In this document: piece after piece, positions 9,960-18,920 of the stretch
Numbering within the stretch: position 1 is the stretch's first letter
Layout of the letters: each line of letters begins with the position of its first letter
Origin: Candidatus Caenarcanales bacterium
Lineage (GTDB): Bacteria; Cyanobacteriota; Vampirovibrionia; LMEP-6097
DNA: 64,000 nt
Reading direction: 5' to 3'
Assembly: GCA_022447685.1 (NCBI GenBank)
Contig: JAKVAO010000004.1
Coordinates: 1,978 to 65,977 of the forward strand
The notes under the pieces: generated by a model
Databases searched by the model: none
What the model was told of the DNA's origin: nothing
Seen by the model: only the letters and a program-made list of their open reading frames with translations
Made by a program: the position numbers and the translations under genes

Positions 9960-9967
9960 TTTCTAAT
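9960..9967. repeat. left copy of 8-bp target-site duplication TTTCTAAT
   Basis: Identical octamer at 11219..11226, directly abutting the IS inverted repeats. Confidence 0.6.
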
Positions 9968-11218
9968 TCAGGGCAACCGCAAAGTCGTCTTAGCTATTTT
10001 GGAAAAGAATATCTTGTAAGTACTGATTACTAGAAGCCGCTTTAACTCTTCGTGTTTTAAGACTTTTCTTCGACTCAGAATCTTTTTTAAGTAAATTTAA
10101 AGCAATTTTTCTAGCCATAGCAAGGTTTTGTGGAGCATTATCCTTTCTTACTCTTGATTCATCTTCTCTAAAAACAACATCTAAAATACAATGTAAGTTG
10201 TTTTCTATGTTCCAATGAGATCTAACAATATTCAGCAACTCTTCTGCAGAAAGGTTTAAGCTCGTTATGTAATATCTTCTTTGGCTGGTTTCTTTTTTTG
10301 TTTTTACATCATATTTTTGAGATTCAACAACAAATACCGTTTTTAAATCTTTCCAAGCTGTAATATTATCAAAAAGTTTTTCTTTAATATCCCACTCCGT
10401 GAGAGGGACTGTGTAACATAGAAGTTTTTCAATTCTTCCATGATCTTTCTCAAATTTAGTTTCAAAAAAATCATACTCTCTTTTAAAACCTTCTTCTATT
10501 CCTTTATCTAAAAAGCTTTTTACATTTTTATGGAACAAGCCTTGATTACCTTTTAAAGCTAAAACATAATCAGCTTTTGCTTTTCTAATATCTTTTGCTA
10601 TTTCTTTTTGACAGCCCATTGCATCGATAGTTACTATCTTCTTATTCAAGTCTAAAAGCCTTATCAGTTCAGGAATTGCTGTAATTTCATTACTCTTTTT
10701 GTCTACTGCCACTTGTCCAAGACTCAAGCCATTACTACAACACCAAACATTTACTAAGTGCAAGGCTGACTTTTTTGAGCTATTTTCATATGAAGATCTC
10801 AATGTTTTACCATCAATAGCTACTATTGCTCCTTCTGTGATAGTTGCAAGCGCTTGTGACCAAGCAGTAAAACAGTTAGCAAATTCCTTTGGATTTATTT
10901 CTGCAAAAACTCTTTCAAAAGTATCATGGGACGGGATGCCGTGTTTTAAATCTAAAAAAGTTCTTAACCAATCTTCTTTCGCTTCACATATTGCTACTAT
11001 TTCCTCCCAGTCATCAGTTTTACAGATACTTCCGACTATCGCTAAGAGAATTATTTCTAGCAAATCGTGACGTTTTCCACGAGAATCACGAGGATCTTCT
11101 AGCTCATTAAAATATTCTTCTACTAAACTTTTACTTACTTTCACAACTCTATTAAGTCATGAATACTGGCTATTGGCCAGACTTACATTCGTATTAGACG
11201 ACTTTGCGGTTGCCCTGA
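9968..11218 (-). mobile_element. ISAs1-family insertion sequence (1251 bp), intact
   Basis: ~23-bp terminal inverted repeats: TCAGGGCAACCGCAAAGTCGTCT at 9968.. and its reverse complement ending at 11218. It contains a single transposase ORF and is flanked by the 8-bp direct repeat TTTCTAAT. Confidence 0.8.
9990..11144 (-). CDS. ISAs1-family (H-repeat-associated) DDE transposase
   Basis: 384 aa carrying the ISAs1 hallmark blocks KSNEITAIPELIRLLD, DAMGCQKEIA, LKGNQG, YYITSL and SHWNIENNLHCILDVVFREDE. Confidence 0.85.
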   Translation of the reverse strand: MKVSKSLVEEYFNELEDPRDSRGKRHDLLEIILLAIVGSICKTDDWEEIVAICEAKEDWLRTFLDLKHGIPSHDTFERVFAEINPKEFANCFTAWSQALATITEGAIVAIDGKTLRSSYENSSKKSALHLVNVWCCSNGLSLGQVAVDKKSNEITAIPELIRLLDLNKKIVTIDAMGCQKEIAKDIRKAKADYVLALKGNQGLFHKNVKSFLDKGIEEGFKREYDFFETKFEKDHGRIEKLLCYTVPLTEWDIKEKLFDNITAWKDLKTVFVVESQKYDVKTKKETSQRRYYITSLNLSAEELLNIVRSHWNIENNLHCILDVVFREDESRVRKDNAPQNLAMARKIALNLLKKDSESKKSLKTRRVKAASSNQYLQDILFQNS

Positions 11219-11991
11219 TTTCTAATTACACTCCACCCTCAAGTACTATAAGTTTCAATTACAACAACACAAATCAGACTTTAGTTAAGACTATTGATTA
11301 TAAAGAGCCGGAACTTAATATACCTGGATCTGATGCTAGTCAGAAAATGAAAGCAACAGAAAATGATAATAGAAACAATCATACCCTGACAACAAAACTT
11401 AATGCTATTCCAACAAATATAGAAAACACTGAAAACCTAGTAGCAATAAAAGTACCAGACAACTTTAATATGCAGCAATTTGAAAATATAGGTAGAGAAT
11501 TGTCAGAAGAACTTAATATTCAAATTGAAAAACCTGAAGAGCAAGCTCCAGATCTAAGTGATTTCATTGACATGAAAGAAATTAATCAATTTAACAACAA
11601 TGATACACAAGGAAAAACAGATACACTTCTTAAAACCTTTACAGAAGTAAGAAACTTTTTAAACAAGCCAGAAACTAATATATTTGGAAAAGTAGTTATA
11701 GATACAATGCTAGACAGCCTCTCAAAACTAGTAAAGGAAAATTATGATCAAGTAATTAAGAACGAGACTAACAATAACTCCAAGGATAATTTTAATAAAC
11801 TATTTTTACAATTAAGAGTACTTAAAGTGATTTTAGAAAAGCAAAACACAATTAATAATCTAAATCCCCCAGGACATGACCGACACGACCAAATCGCAGC
11901 AGAAGGCAGAGATATTATTCATACATACGTTGGAAAAATAATTAACCAGACCAATACAATACTTCCAGAAGACCAACAAATGGACTTATAA
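11173..11991 (+). CDS. hypothetical effector-like protein, 5' end replaced by the IS insertion (the present ORF starts at a TTG inside the IS inverted repeat)
   Basis: Removing 9968..11226 restores ...TATCTTAAAATT ATG ATT TCT AAT TAC ACT CCA CCC TCA AGT, encoding MISNYTPPSS, which joins in frame to the downstream body. The Q/N-rich body has no known domain. Confidence 0.6.
   Translation: MARLTFVLDDFAVALISNYTPPSSTISFNYNNTNQTLVKTIDYKEPELNIPGSDASQKMKATENDNRNNHTLTTKLNAIPTNIENTENLVAIKVPDNFNMQQFENIGRELSEELNIQIEKPEEQAPDLSDFIDMKEINQFNNNDTQGKTDTLLKTFTEVRNFLNKPETNIFGKVVIDTMLDSLSKLVKENYDQVIKNETNNNSKDNFNKLFLQLRVLKVILEKQNTINNLNPPGHDRHDQIAAEGRDIIHTYVGKIINQTNTILPEDQQMDL
11219..11226. repeat. right copy of 8-bp target-site duplication TTTCTAAT
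   Basis: Matches 9960..9967. Confidence 0.6.
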
Positions 11992-11992
11992 A

Positions 11993-12400
11993 TTATCTAA
12001 CAACCAAAAACTCAGCTATTAATGCATTAAAATCATCAGCAAAGTCATTGTATGCACTAACGAAGCCTATGGTATGCTTACTTCCAAAAAATTCTTCCAT
12101 AGCTTCACAGAAGTAAGCATCATCGAAATCACTGTATTCAGTGTTAATAATAATATCTAAAGTATCCTCATAGGCGCCTGGATCGAAATCCAATAATTTT
12201 TTTCTAAATTTGAAAAACTCCGCTACTGAATTCTGAATATATTCTTTACTCAATCTCGAATAATCTTCACGAGTAAGATCATTAAATCTTGATTTCATAT
12301 CAATAGTCGCAGCGATTAACTGATTAATTCTACCTCTGATGTATAAATCTTTGAGAGATAAAATTTCTAAGCAATATACTTTTAATTTCTTGCCCTTCAT
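11993..12400 (-). CDS. hypothetical protein (135 aa)
   Basis: Clean ORF with coding-like composition and no recognisable motif. Confidence 0.45.
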   Translation of the reverse strand: MKGKKLKVYCLEILSLKDLYIRGRINQLIAATIDMKSRFNDLTREDYSRLSKEYIQNSVAEFFKFRKKLLDFDPGAYEDTLDIIINTEYSDFDDAYFCEAMEEFFGSKHTIGFVSAYNDFADDFNALIAEFLVVR

Positions 12401-12572
12401 ATCATCTTATATCGACAGATCTATGCTTTCGCAAACTAGAGGGAAGGTACTATATTTAATTTTTATATTCATAAAAAATCAGTCTTTCATACCACTAAAT
12501 AAAGATATGCTATTCATTTGAACCGATTTTGCGTCACTGAAAGAATACAGCAAATTTGCTACTATAACTAAG

Positions 12573-12926
12573 ATGGAAACGAAAATGCAGCATCAAACAC
12601 CGTGGGGAGCTTGGGAAGTTTTGGATGATGCTGAATCGCATAAAGTTAAGAAAGTCACGATTAAACCTGGTCACAGACTAAGTTACCAGAAGCATTTTAA
12701 AAGAGAAGAGAATTGGTTTATAGTTCAAGGTAAAGCCAAAGTCACTCTAAATGATGAAGAGCATACTCTCAGCACAGGCGAATTTATCCATATTCCATTT
12801 GAAGCTTTACACCGAATCGAAAACATTGATGACACCATTGAACTCATATTTATTGAAATTCAGAGAGGTTCTTACTTCGGAGAGGACGACATAGTACGTG
12901 TGTCTGATGATTACGGTAGAGATTAG
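12573..12926 (+). CDS. cupin-domain protein (mannose-6-phosphate isomerase type II C-terminal cupin-like)
   Basis: WGAWEVLDDAESHKVKKVTIKPGHRLSYQKHFKREENWFIVQGKAKV...GEFIHIPFEALHRIENIDDT...IEIQRG is the classic stand-alone cupin_2 pattern. Confidence 0.7.
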   Translation: METKMQHQTPWGAWEVLDDAESHKVKKVTIKPGHRLSYQKHFKREENWFIVQGKAKVTLNDEEHTLSTGEFIHIPFEALHRIENIDDTIELIFIEIQRGSYFGEDDIVRVSDDYGRD

Positions 12927-12942
12927 GGTATAATCTCTAGGT

Positions 12943-14199
12943 ATGGCAGAAAAAAAAGGAAATTTCTTCTTCACTTCAGAATCAGTAAGTGAAGGTCACC
13001 CAGATAAGATTTGTGATCAAATCTCAGACGCAGTCTTGGACGCGATTTTATCGAAAGACCAGACGGCGAGGGTTGCCTGTGAAACATTTTGTACTACTGG
13101 ACTTGTAGTTGTAGGTGGTGAAATCACAACTAATTGCTACGCTCCAGTAAATGAGATCGCAAGAGACAAAATTAGAGAAATTGGTTACTCAGGAAAAATG
13201 GGCGGCGGTTTCGACGCTGATAACTGTTCTGTAATGGTAACTTTAGACCAACAATCAGCTGATATCTGTGCAGGTGTTGATAAATCACTAGAAACTAGAG
13301 ACAGCGATGAAGAAGATACTGGTGCTGGTGACCAAGGAATTATGTTTGGCTTTGCTTGTAATGAAACTTCAGAGTACATGCCGCTTGCAATTAATCTTTC
13401 ACACGCGATAGTGAAACAATTAGCTGATGTCAGAAAAAATCACCCTGATATCAACTATCTAAGACCTGACTCTAAGTCTCAAGTAACTATAGAGTATAGA
13501 GACGGTGTAGCTGCAAGAATAGAAGCTATAGTAGTTTCCACACAGCACGATCCAGAAGTTAAGGGTGAAACAGAAAACTCTAAAATCCAAGAAATTATTG
13601 CACAGGATATTAGAAAACTAGTTATAGACAAAGTCCTAAAAGACGCACCAGTTAAAATTGATGATAAAACCAAACTCTACTTCAATCCATCAGGAAGATT
13701 CGTAATCGGTGGACCACAAGGTGACGCTGGTCTTACTGGTAGAAAAATTATAGTAGATACCTACGGTGGCTATGCCCGTCATGGTGGTGGTGCTTTCTCA
13801 GGAAAAGACCCAACCAAAGTAGATAGATCCGCTGCTTATGCAGCACGCCATGCAGCGAAAAATATAGTAGCTGCTGGTTTAGCTGAACAATGTGAAATTC
13901 AACTTTCTTATGCTATTGGTGTAGCCAAGCCTACAAGCATTTACGTAAACACGTTCACAACTAGTGAACATTCTGACGAGAAACTTGTTCAAATTATCGA
14001 ACAAGTTTTCGATTTCAGACCTAAAAAGATCATTGAGAACTTCGATTTACTGTGGATGCCAGCTAAAAGAAATGGTAGGTTCTATCAAGAAACAGCTAAA
14101 TATGGTCACTTCGGTAGAGATGATTTAGATTTGCCTTGGGAAAGACTTGATAAAGTTGATGAAATTAAGAAAGTTCTTGAAAGTGCTTGTGTGGCTTAA
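12943..14199 (+). CDS. metK: S-adenosylmethionine synthetase
   Basis: [39 protein letters not shown] and [23 protein letters not shown] are MetK signature blocks. Confidence 0.95.
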   Translation: MAEKKGNFFFTSESVSEGHPDKICDQISDAVLDAILSKDQTARVACETFCTTGLVVVGGEITTNCYAPVNEIARDKIREIGYSGKMGGGFDADNCSVMVTLDQQSADICAGVDKSLETRDSDEEDTGAGDQGIMFGFACNETSEYMPLAINLSHAIVKQLADVRKNHPDINYLRPDSKSQVTIEYRDGVAARIEAIVVSTQHDPEVKGETENSKIQEIIAQDIRKLVIDKVLKDAPVKIDDKTKLYFNPSGRFVIGGPQGDAGLTGRKIIVDTYGGYARHGGGAFSGKDPTKVDRSAAYAARHAAKNIVAAGLAEQCEIQLSYAIGVAKPTSIYVNTFTTSEHSDEKLVQIIEQVFDFRPKKIIENFDLLWMPAKRNGRFYQETAKYGHFGRDDLDLPWERLDKVDEIKKVLESACVA

Positions 14200-14266
14200 G
14201 TAGCTCTTTATAATAAAATTATTAACAATAGGAAAATCTTTAAAATAAGAAGATAAGATTTTCTGA

Positions 14267-15505
14267 ATGATACCTAGCAGCTCTGGTGATAAATTTGATA
14301 AAGTTCAGCCTTCAAGTACTTCTAACGCAATAACGAGAAAGCAACAAGGAAACGAAGTCAGTGAAATAAAGAACCAAGATTCTAATGTATTTTCTGCTAA
14401 AGGGAATCAAGAACCACTTACTATAGATTTTAATGAAAGACCCCTAAGTGAAGAAGAACAAAAAATTCTTGCTTTAGTCCCAGAGAACCTAAGAGCCCCA
14501 GTCTTATACTTCATGCTTCATTTAGATGAAAAAGAAGGCAAAGCTGCGATATTAAATAATTTAAGTCAGAATCTAAATCCTGCTTTCTTACTAGCTCAAA
14601 TGAATGGTCAAGACGAAAGTGTATCTTATGCTATGCCTGAGTATCAAAGCAGAGCAAATTATCTGGAAACAAATGATAATAATACAGCTGCCTACTCACA
14701 AGCTAAAACAAGACAGAAAAGAACCTTAGTAGAAAATCTATCAAACTTATCAACTGATAATTTAGCTGAACTTGAAGAAATTACCGCTGCTTTAGTGCAA
14801 AGTGCTAAAGAAAATCAAAATATTCAAATCAGCCCAGAAGCTGTGCAATTATTAGAAAATATTAAACCGGAAATCAGTCTTTTAAGTCCACAGGAAAGAC
14901 AAGAGTTTTTCTCTGCCATGTACTTCATTAAAGATGCTGTTGCCAGTAATATAATTAGAGAAGAGGATGAGGGAAAATTTATACCAAACCAAGAGAACAA
15001 TATGTTTGATCCACAAGATAGTATTCTTGAGATAAATCGTCTGAAAACAATGCAAGCAGACTTAAATACAATGCAACAGCTCGGAATAATAAATGATCAA
15101 AATCTCTACAAAACCATAAAAAATAATCTTAGCCGCCAAGCCAAAAATCTAGGTCAACACAATATGGTTCACAAAGCTTTAATTACAATTGCTGCTATCA
15201 ATGCCTTACAGGGTAAAGATTTTCAAATAAACTCTGATTTCATCAGCAAAGAAGAGCAGGGAAGATTTATACACGCAAATACTTTAGACGCAACAGTAAT
15301 TTCACAAGAAGCTAAACAATATATGTCAAGCAATATTAATTTCTATGACATTGCCAAACTAGGCTCAAGAATTCTAGAGGAACTGAAATCTTCCAAACAA
15401 AATAGCTCAGAATCAAGTATCAAGCAACTCAAAACAGCTGCAGAATCTGTGAGAAAAGAAAAACCTGAATTGTTTGACAATCTTCATTTAACAGTTAGTT
15501 TATAG
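14267..15505 (+). CDS. hypothetical Q/N/S-rich effector-like protein (N-terminus MIPSSSGD)
   Basis: 412 aa with no domain hit by eye. Has the N-terminal P-S-S motif of the family and ends with TAG. Confidence 0.6.
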   Translation: MIPSSSGDKFDKVQPSSTSNAITRKQQGNEVSEIKNQDSNVFSAKGNQEPLTIDFNERPLSEEEQKILALVPENLRAPVLYFMLHLDEKEGKAAILNNLSQNLNPAFLLAQMNGQDESVSYAMPEYQSRANYLETNDNNTAAYSQAKTRQKRTLVENLSNLSTDNLAELEEITAALVQSAKENQNIQISPEAVQLLENIKPEISLLSPQERQEFFSAMYFIKDAVASNIIREEDEGKFIPNQENNMFDPQDSILEINRLKTMQADLNTMQQLGIINDQNLYKTIKNNLSRQAKNLGQHNMVHKALITIAAINALQGKDFQINSDFISKEEQGRFIHANTLDATVISQEAKQYMSSNINFYDIAKLGSRILEELKSSKQNSSESSIKQLKTAAESVRKEKPELFDNLHLTVSL

Positions 15506-15611
15506 CTATGTTGCACCAAACCTAAATCGACGAATACTTTATTTTCCATAAGATTGCTAAGCGTTTCTAAGCAATTATTAACAAATCGCAAAAAATTTGC
15601 AATTTCATAGG

Positions 15612-15617
15612 TATAAT
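15612..15617 (+). promoter_or_regulatory. -10 box AGGTATAAT, 6 nt upstream of ATG 15624
   Basis: Same GGTATAAT-N6-ATG arrangement as at 7209 and 62278. Confidence 0.4.
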
Positions 15618-15623
15618 ACAAAT

Positions 15624-16829
15624 ATGCAAAAAATTTCCCGAACAATATTAAGTAAATTAATATCTGAGCTGGAGAACGACAAAGTATTGATTCTTTTAGG
15701 AGCAAGGCAAGTTGGTAAAAGCTTTCTAATGAATGAACTAGAGTTAAAACTTAAAAAAGCATCCAAGAAATTTAATAGCTATAACTTAGAAATCCCAAAA
15801 GATAACCGAATCTTCGCTAGAGATGAATTAGAGCTATATGAAGAAATCAGTGAAGGAGTAAATTATTTATTTATAGATGAATTTCAATATTATAATAATG
15901 CTTCTCATTTATTCAAAGCCTTTTATGATGATAGAAGAAAAAAAATCAAAGTTATAGCATCTGGTTCATCTGCTTTAGAAATGCATAAACACCTAAAAGA
16001 AAGTTTAGCTGGCAGAAAAAAAACCTATATTATTTACCCACTTAGCTTCAAAGAAGCTCAAGAAACCAAGGTCAGTTTTAATAATTATTTACTATACGGT
16101 GCTTTAGCAGAAATCCTTAATATAGAACAAAAAACAGATAAAATCACTGCACTTGAAGAAATACACAGTACTTATATATTAAAAGATATCAAAGCACTGA
16201 TTAAAGAAGAAAGTATTTCTAGTTTCAATGCTTTAATATACAGCTTAGCTCAAAACCAAGGACAAATTATTTCAAGTAATTCTTTAGCGAATGATTTGCG
16301 TTTAAATACACAAAGCTTAGAGCGTTACCTAGAGATTCTAGAACAAACCTATGTTCTTTATAAATTATCTAGTTTTTCTAAAAACTTAAGTAATGAGCTA
16401 AAAAAATCTAAAAAATACTATTTTTATGACAGTGGAATTCGAAACTCAATACTAAATAACTTCTCATCGATAGAAAAAAGAAAAGATAAAGGCAGTATCT
16501 ACGAAGCTTACGTAGCACAATTCTTAACTATTAACTCAATACCAAACTCAGAGCTTCGCTTCTGGAGAACCAGGAATGGAGATGAAATTGATTTCGTATT
16601 CTTAAAAAACCAAGTTCCGTATTTATTTGAGGTAAAATCGAAACTAAAAAGAAAAGAAATTCCAAATGCTATGAAAATCTTTTTGCGTAATTACCGTGAG
16701 ATTGGTGGAGCTTATATCATTAACGAAAACCTTGATGAGGAACTAGAATATTCTGGAGTAACTGTAAGATTTATTCCAATTAATAAGCTAGAAGAAGATT
16801 TGGAGATAGCTGAAATATTTTCAACTTAA
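15624..16829 (+). CDS. AAA+ ATPase, DUF4143 family, paralog 2
   Basis: The ORF track starts at TTG 15597, which would run through the TATAAT box. From ATG 15624 the protein MQKISRTILSKLISELENDKVLILLGARQVGKSF aligns with the N-terminus of paralog 3 and shows high identity to it overall. Confidence 0.8.
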   Translation: MQKISRTILSKLISELENDKVLILLGARQVGKSFLMNELELKLKKASKKFNSYNLEIPKDNRIFARDELELYEEISEGVNYLFIDEFQYYNNASHLFKAFYDDRRKKIKVIASGSSALEMHKHLKESLAGRKKTYIIYPLSFKEAQETKVSFNNYLLYGALAEILNIEQKTDKITALEEIHSTYILKDIKALIKEESISSFNALIYSLAQNQGQIISSNSLANDLRLNTQSLERYLEILEQTYVLYKLSSFSKNLSNELKKSKKYYFYDSGIRNSILNNFSSIEKRKDKGSIYEAYVAQFLTINSIPNSELRFWRTRNGDEIDFVFLKNQVPYLFEVKSKLKRKEIPNAMKIFLRNYREIGGAYIINENLDEELEYSGVTVRFIPINKLEEDLEIAEIFST

Positions 16830-16834
16830 TCTAA

Positions 16835-17530
16835 CTAAGCTTCCGCTTTCTTAGACTTTATATCCTTCAGCTCCGCTTCCAAAGACTCAATCTTCTCCTG
16901 CATAGCCTGCAAAGTAGCACCAACAAAGTCCGGTGTCTTATTATGCTCTAAATTATCAATATTATCTATGCATTCTTTGAGTTCACCATTCATTTTCACA
17001 ATTCGTCCTGGGATTCCTACCACTGTTGAATAAGATGGAATATCCTTTAGAACTACTGAATTAGCACCAACTTGAACATAATCCCCAATATCTATATTTC
17101 CCAAAACCTTGGCTCCAGCACCAACGACAATATTCGAAGCTAAAGTCGGATGACGTTTTTCTTTTTTCGTAGAAACTCCACCTAAGGTCACTCCCTGATA
17201 GAGTGTTACATTATCACCAATGATAGTAGTTTCACCAATGACCACCCCTGTGCCATGATCTATAAAAAAATCTTTCCCTATCTGTGCCGCTGGGTGAATC
17301 TCAATACCAGTAATAATCTTAATTACATGAGCTGAGACTCTTACTATAAATTTGGTAAGTGGTTTGAGAAAAGCTAAAAAACCATAATCTTTAGTCCACA
17401 AAACATGAAAAATTCTATGCGCCAAAATCGCATGAAAACCTGGGTAACAAAATAAAATTTCAAAAATTGAGTTACAGGCAGGATCTTTCCTGTAGATATT
17501 TTTTATCTCCTCCTGAAAAGTCCTGAACAT
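16835..17530 (-). CDS. cysE: serine O-acetyltransferase
   Basis: C-terminal left-handed beta-helix hexapeptide repeats (GIEIHPAAQIGKDFFIDHGTGVVIGETTIIGDNVTLYQGVTLGG) and an N-terminal SAT helical domain. Confidence 0.85.
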   Translation of the reverse strand: MFRTFQEEIKNIYRKDPACNSIFEILFCYPGFHAILAHRIFHVLWTKDYGFLAFLKPLTKFIVRVSAHVIKIITGIEIHPAAQIGKDFFIDHGTGVVIGETTIIGDNVTLYQGVTLGGVSTKKEKRHPTLASNIVVGAGAKVLGNIDIGDYVQVGANSVVLKDIPSYSTVVGIPGRIVKMNGELKECIDNIDNLEHNKTPDFVGATLQAMQEKIESLEAELKDIKSKKAEA

Positions 17531-17572
17531 ATTTGTGATTATACTATGACTGGAAATTGGATAATTTTGACC

Positions 17573-17611
17573 TTACTTAAGAATCCTGCCACTAGCAAGA
17601 TTCTTAAGTAA
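17573..17611. promoter_or_regulatory. perfect 13-bp inverted repeat TTACTTAAGAATC-N13-GATTCTTAAGTAA in the cysE/ATPase divergent region
   Basis: Arms 17573..17585 and 17599..17611 are exact reverse complements. The element sits about 25 bp upstream of the -10-like box of the ATPase gene. Confidence 0.35.
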
Positions 17612-17636
17612 TGGTTAGGAATTCCACCCAAAGTGG

Positions 17637-17642
17637 TAAAAT
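17637..17642 (+). promoter_or_regulatory. -10-like box GGTAAAAT, 6 nt upstream of ATG 17649
   Basis: Conserved position relative to the start in all four ATPase paralogs. Confidence 0.35.
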
Positions 17643-17648
17643 TAAGTA

Positions 17649-18863
17649 ATGCAGGAATTTCAAAGACAATTAATAGAAACCCTGCTTAAAGAACTTACGA
17701 ACTCTAAAGTTACCTTAATCTTTGGACCTAGACAGAGTGGTAAAAGCTTTTTGATGAATCACATAGCAAGTCAAGTAAAAGGCAAATTTACTTACTACGA
17801 TTTTGAACAACCTGCTGATCTTAGAAAATTTACAGGCAATGATGAGGATATACATGAACTACTTCTAAATTCAGGCAAAACAGTATTCATAGACGAATTT
17901 CATTATCTAAAAAATGCCGGGAAAATTTTTAAAGGAATCTATGACTTAGGTAAACGTAACCCTAAAAAACAAATCAAAATCTTTGCCTCCGGCTCTTCTG
18001 CCATTGAAATGCACAAACATATAAAAGAAAGTATGGCTGGAAGAGTTCACAAATACCAACTTATGCCTCTAAGCTTAGAAGAATACTCATCTATTGATTT
18101 AGATAAAGAAAATTACTTTATTTATGGTGGCTTACCAGAGACTTATCAATATGACGGAGAAGAAAGAGAGAGCTACCTAAATGGTATTCTTGAAACCTAC
18201 ATCCAGAAAGACATTAAATCTCTAGTAAAAGAAGAGAACATTTCAAGTTTTAATAAATTAATCTATATGCTTGCAGCAAGTCAAGGACAAGTAGTCTCAG
18301 TGAGTAATCTTGCAAATGACTTAAGCGTATCAGCACAAACAGTTCAATCTTACCTAGATACTTTGGAGCAGACTTATACTCTTTATCCTTTGAAATCCTT
18401 TTCAAATAACCTTAGCAATGAATTAAAAAAATCGCGTAAGTACTACCTCTATGACCTAGGAATTAGAAATGCACTAATTAAAGACTTTAGTAAATTAAAT
18501 GAGCGCAAAGATCTTGGCTGCATTATGGAAAGCTATGTTTATCACTATCTTCTCTTCATAGCCAATAAAGCAAATACCGATATTTTCTTCTGGAGAACTA
18601 GTAAAGGCAATGAGGTAGACTTCGTCTGGAAAAAAAATCAAAAACTTATTCCTATAGAGGTAAAAAACAAATATGAAGTGAGTAATCTTAGTAAAGGTAT
18701 GGAAACCTTCATGAGATATTACCCTCTAACAGAAAAAGCTATTATTTTGTTTAATAAGTCAAATAATTTTGATGATTATCAGGAAATTAATCTTCGAGGT
18801 AGGACTCTTTATTTAATAAATATTGGAAATGCTCATTTATACTTGAGGGATGTTTTGCAGTAG
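17649..18863 (+). CDS. AAA+ ATPase, DUF4143 family, paralog 3
   Basis: Walker A motif IFGPRQSGKSF, with long blocks identical to paralog 2 (SSFN.LIY.LA..QGQ..S.SNLANDL.....Q....YL..LEQTY.LY.L.SFS.NLSNELKKS.KYY.YD.GIRN). Confidence 0.8.
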   Translation: MQEFQRQLIETLLKELTNSKVTLIFGPRQSGKSFLMNHIASQVKGKFTYYDFEQPADLRKFTGNDEDIHELLLNSGKTVFIDEFHYLKNAGKIFKGIYDLGKRNPKKQIKIFASGSSAIEMHKHIKESMAGRVHKYQLMPLSLEEYSSIDLDKENYFIYGGLPETYQYDGEERESYLNGILETYIQKDIKSLVKEENISSFNKLIYMLAASQGQVVSVSNLANDLSVSAQTVQSYLDTLEQTYTLYPLKSFSNNLSNELKKSRKYYLYDLGIRNALIKDFSKLNERKDLGCIMESYVYHYLLFIANKANTDIFFWRTSKGNEVDFVWKKNQKLIPIEVKNKYEVSNLSKGMETFMRYYPLTEKAIILFNKSNNFDDYQEINLRGRTLYLINIGNAHLYLRDVLQ

Positions 18864-18869
18864 AACCCA

Positions 18870-18883
18870 TGCTATTATCTTAA
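18870..18883 (+). promoter_or_regulatory. conserved leader motif TGCTATTATCTTAA upstream of the 18921 gene
   Basis: 14 of 14 identical to 9938..9951. It is followed by a vestigial ATGATCTAT (compare ATGATTTCT at 9956), and then TTAAAATATGATT resembles TTAAAATTATGATT at 9956. Confidence 0.4.
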
Positions 18884-18920
18884 TCCTATGATCTATTATA
18901 TTTAGGTTTCAAATTAAAAT

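Noticed and set aside
15597-15623. TTG start for ATPase paralog 2, as given by the ORF track.
   Set aside because: It would translate through the TATAAT box. ATG 15624 gives an N-terminus colinear with paralog 3 and the same -10 to start spacing as the other paralogs.
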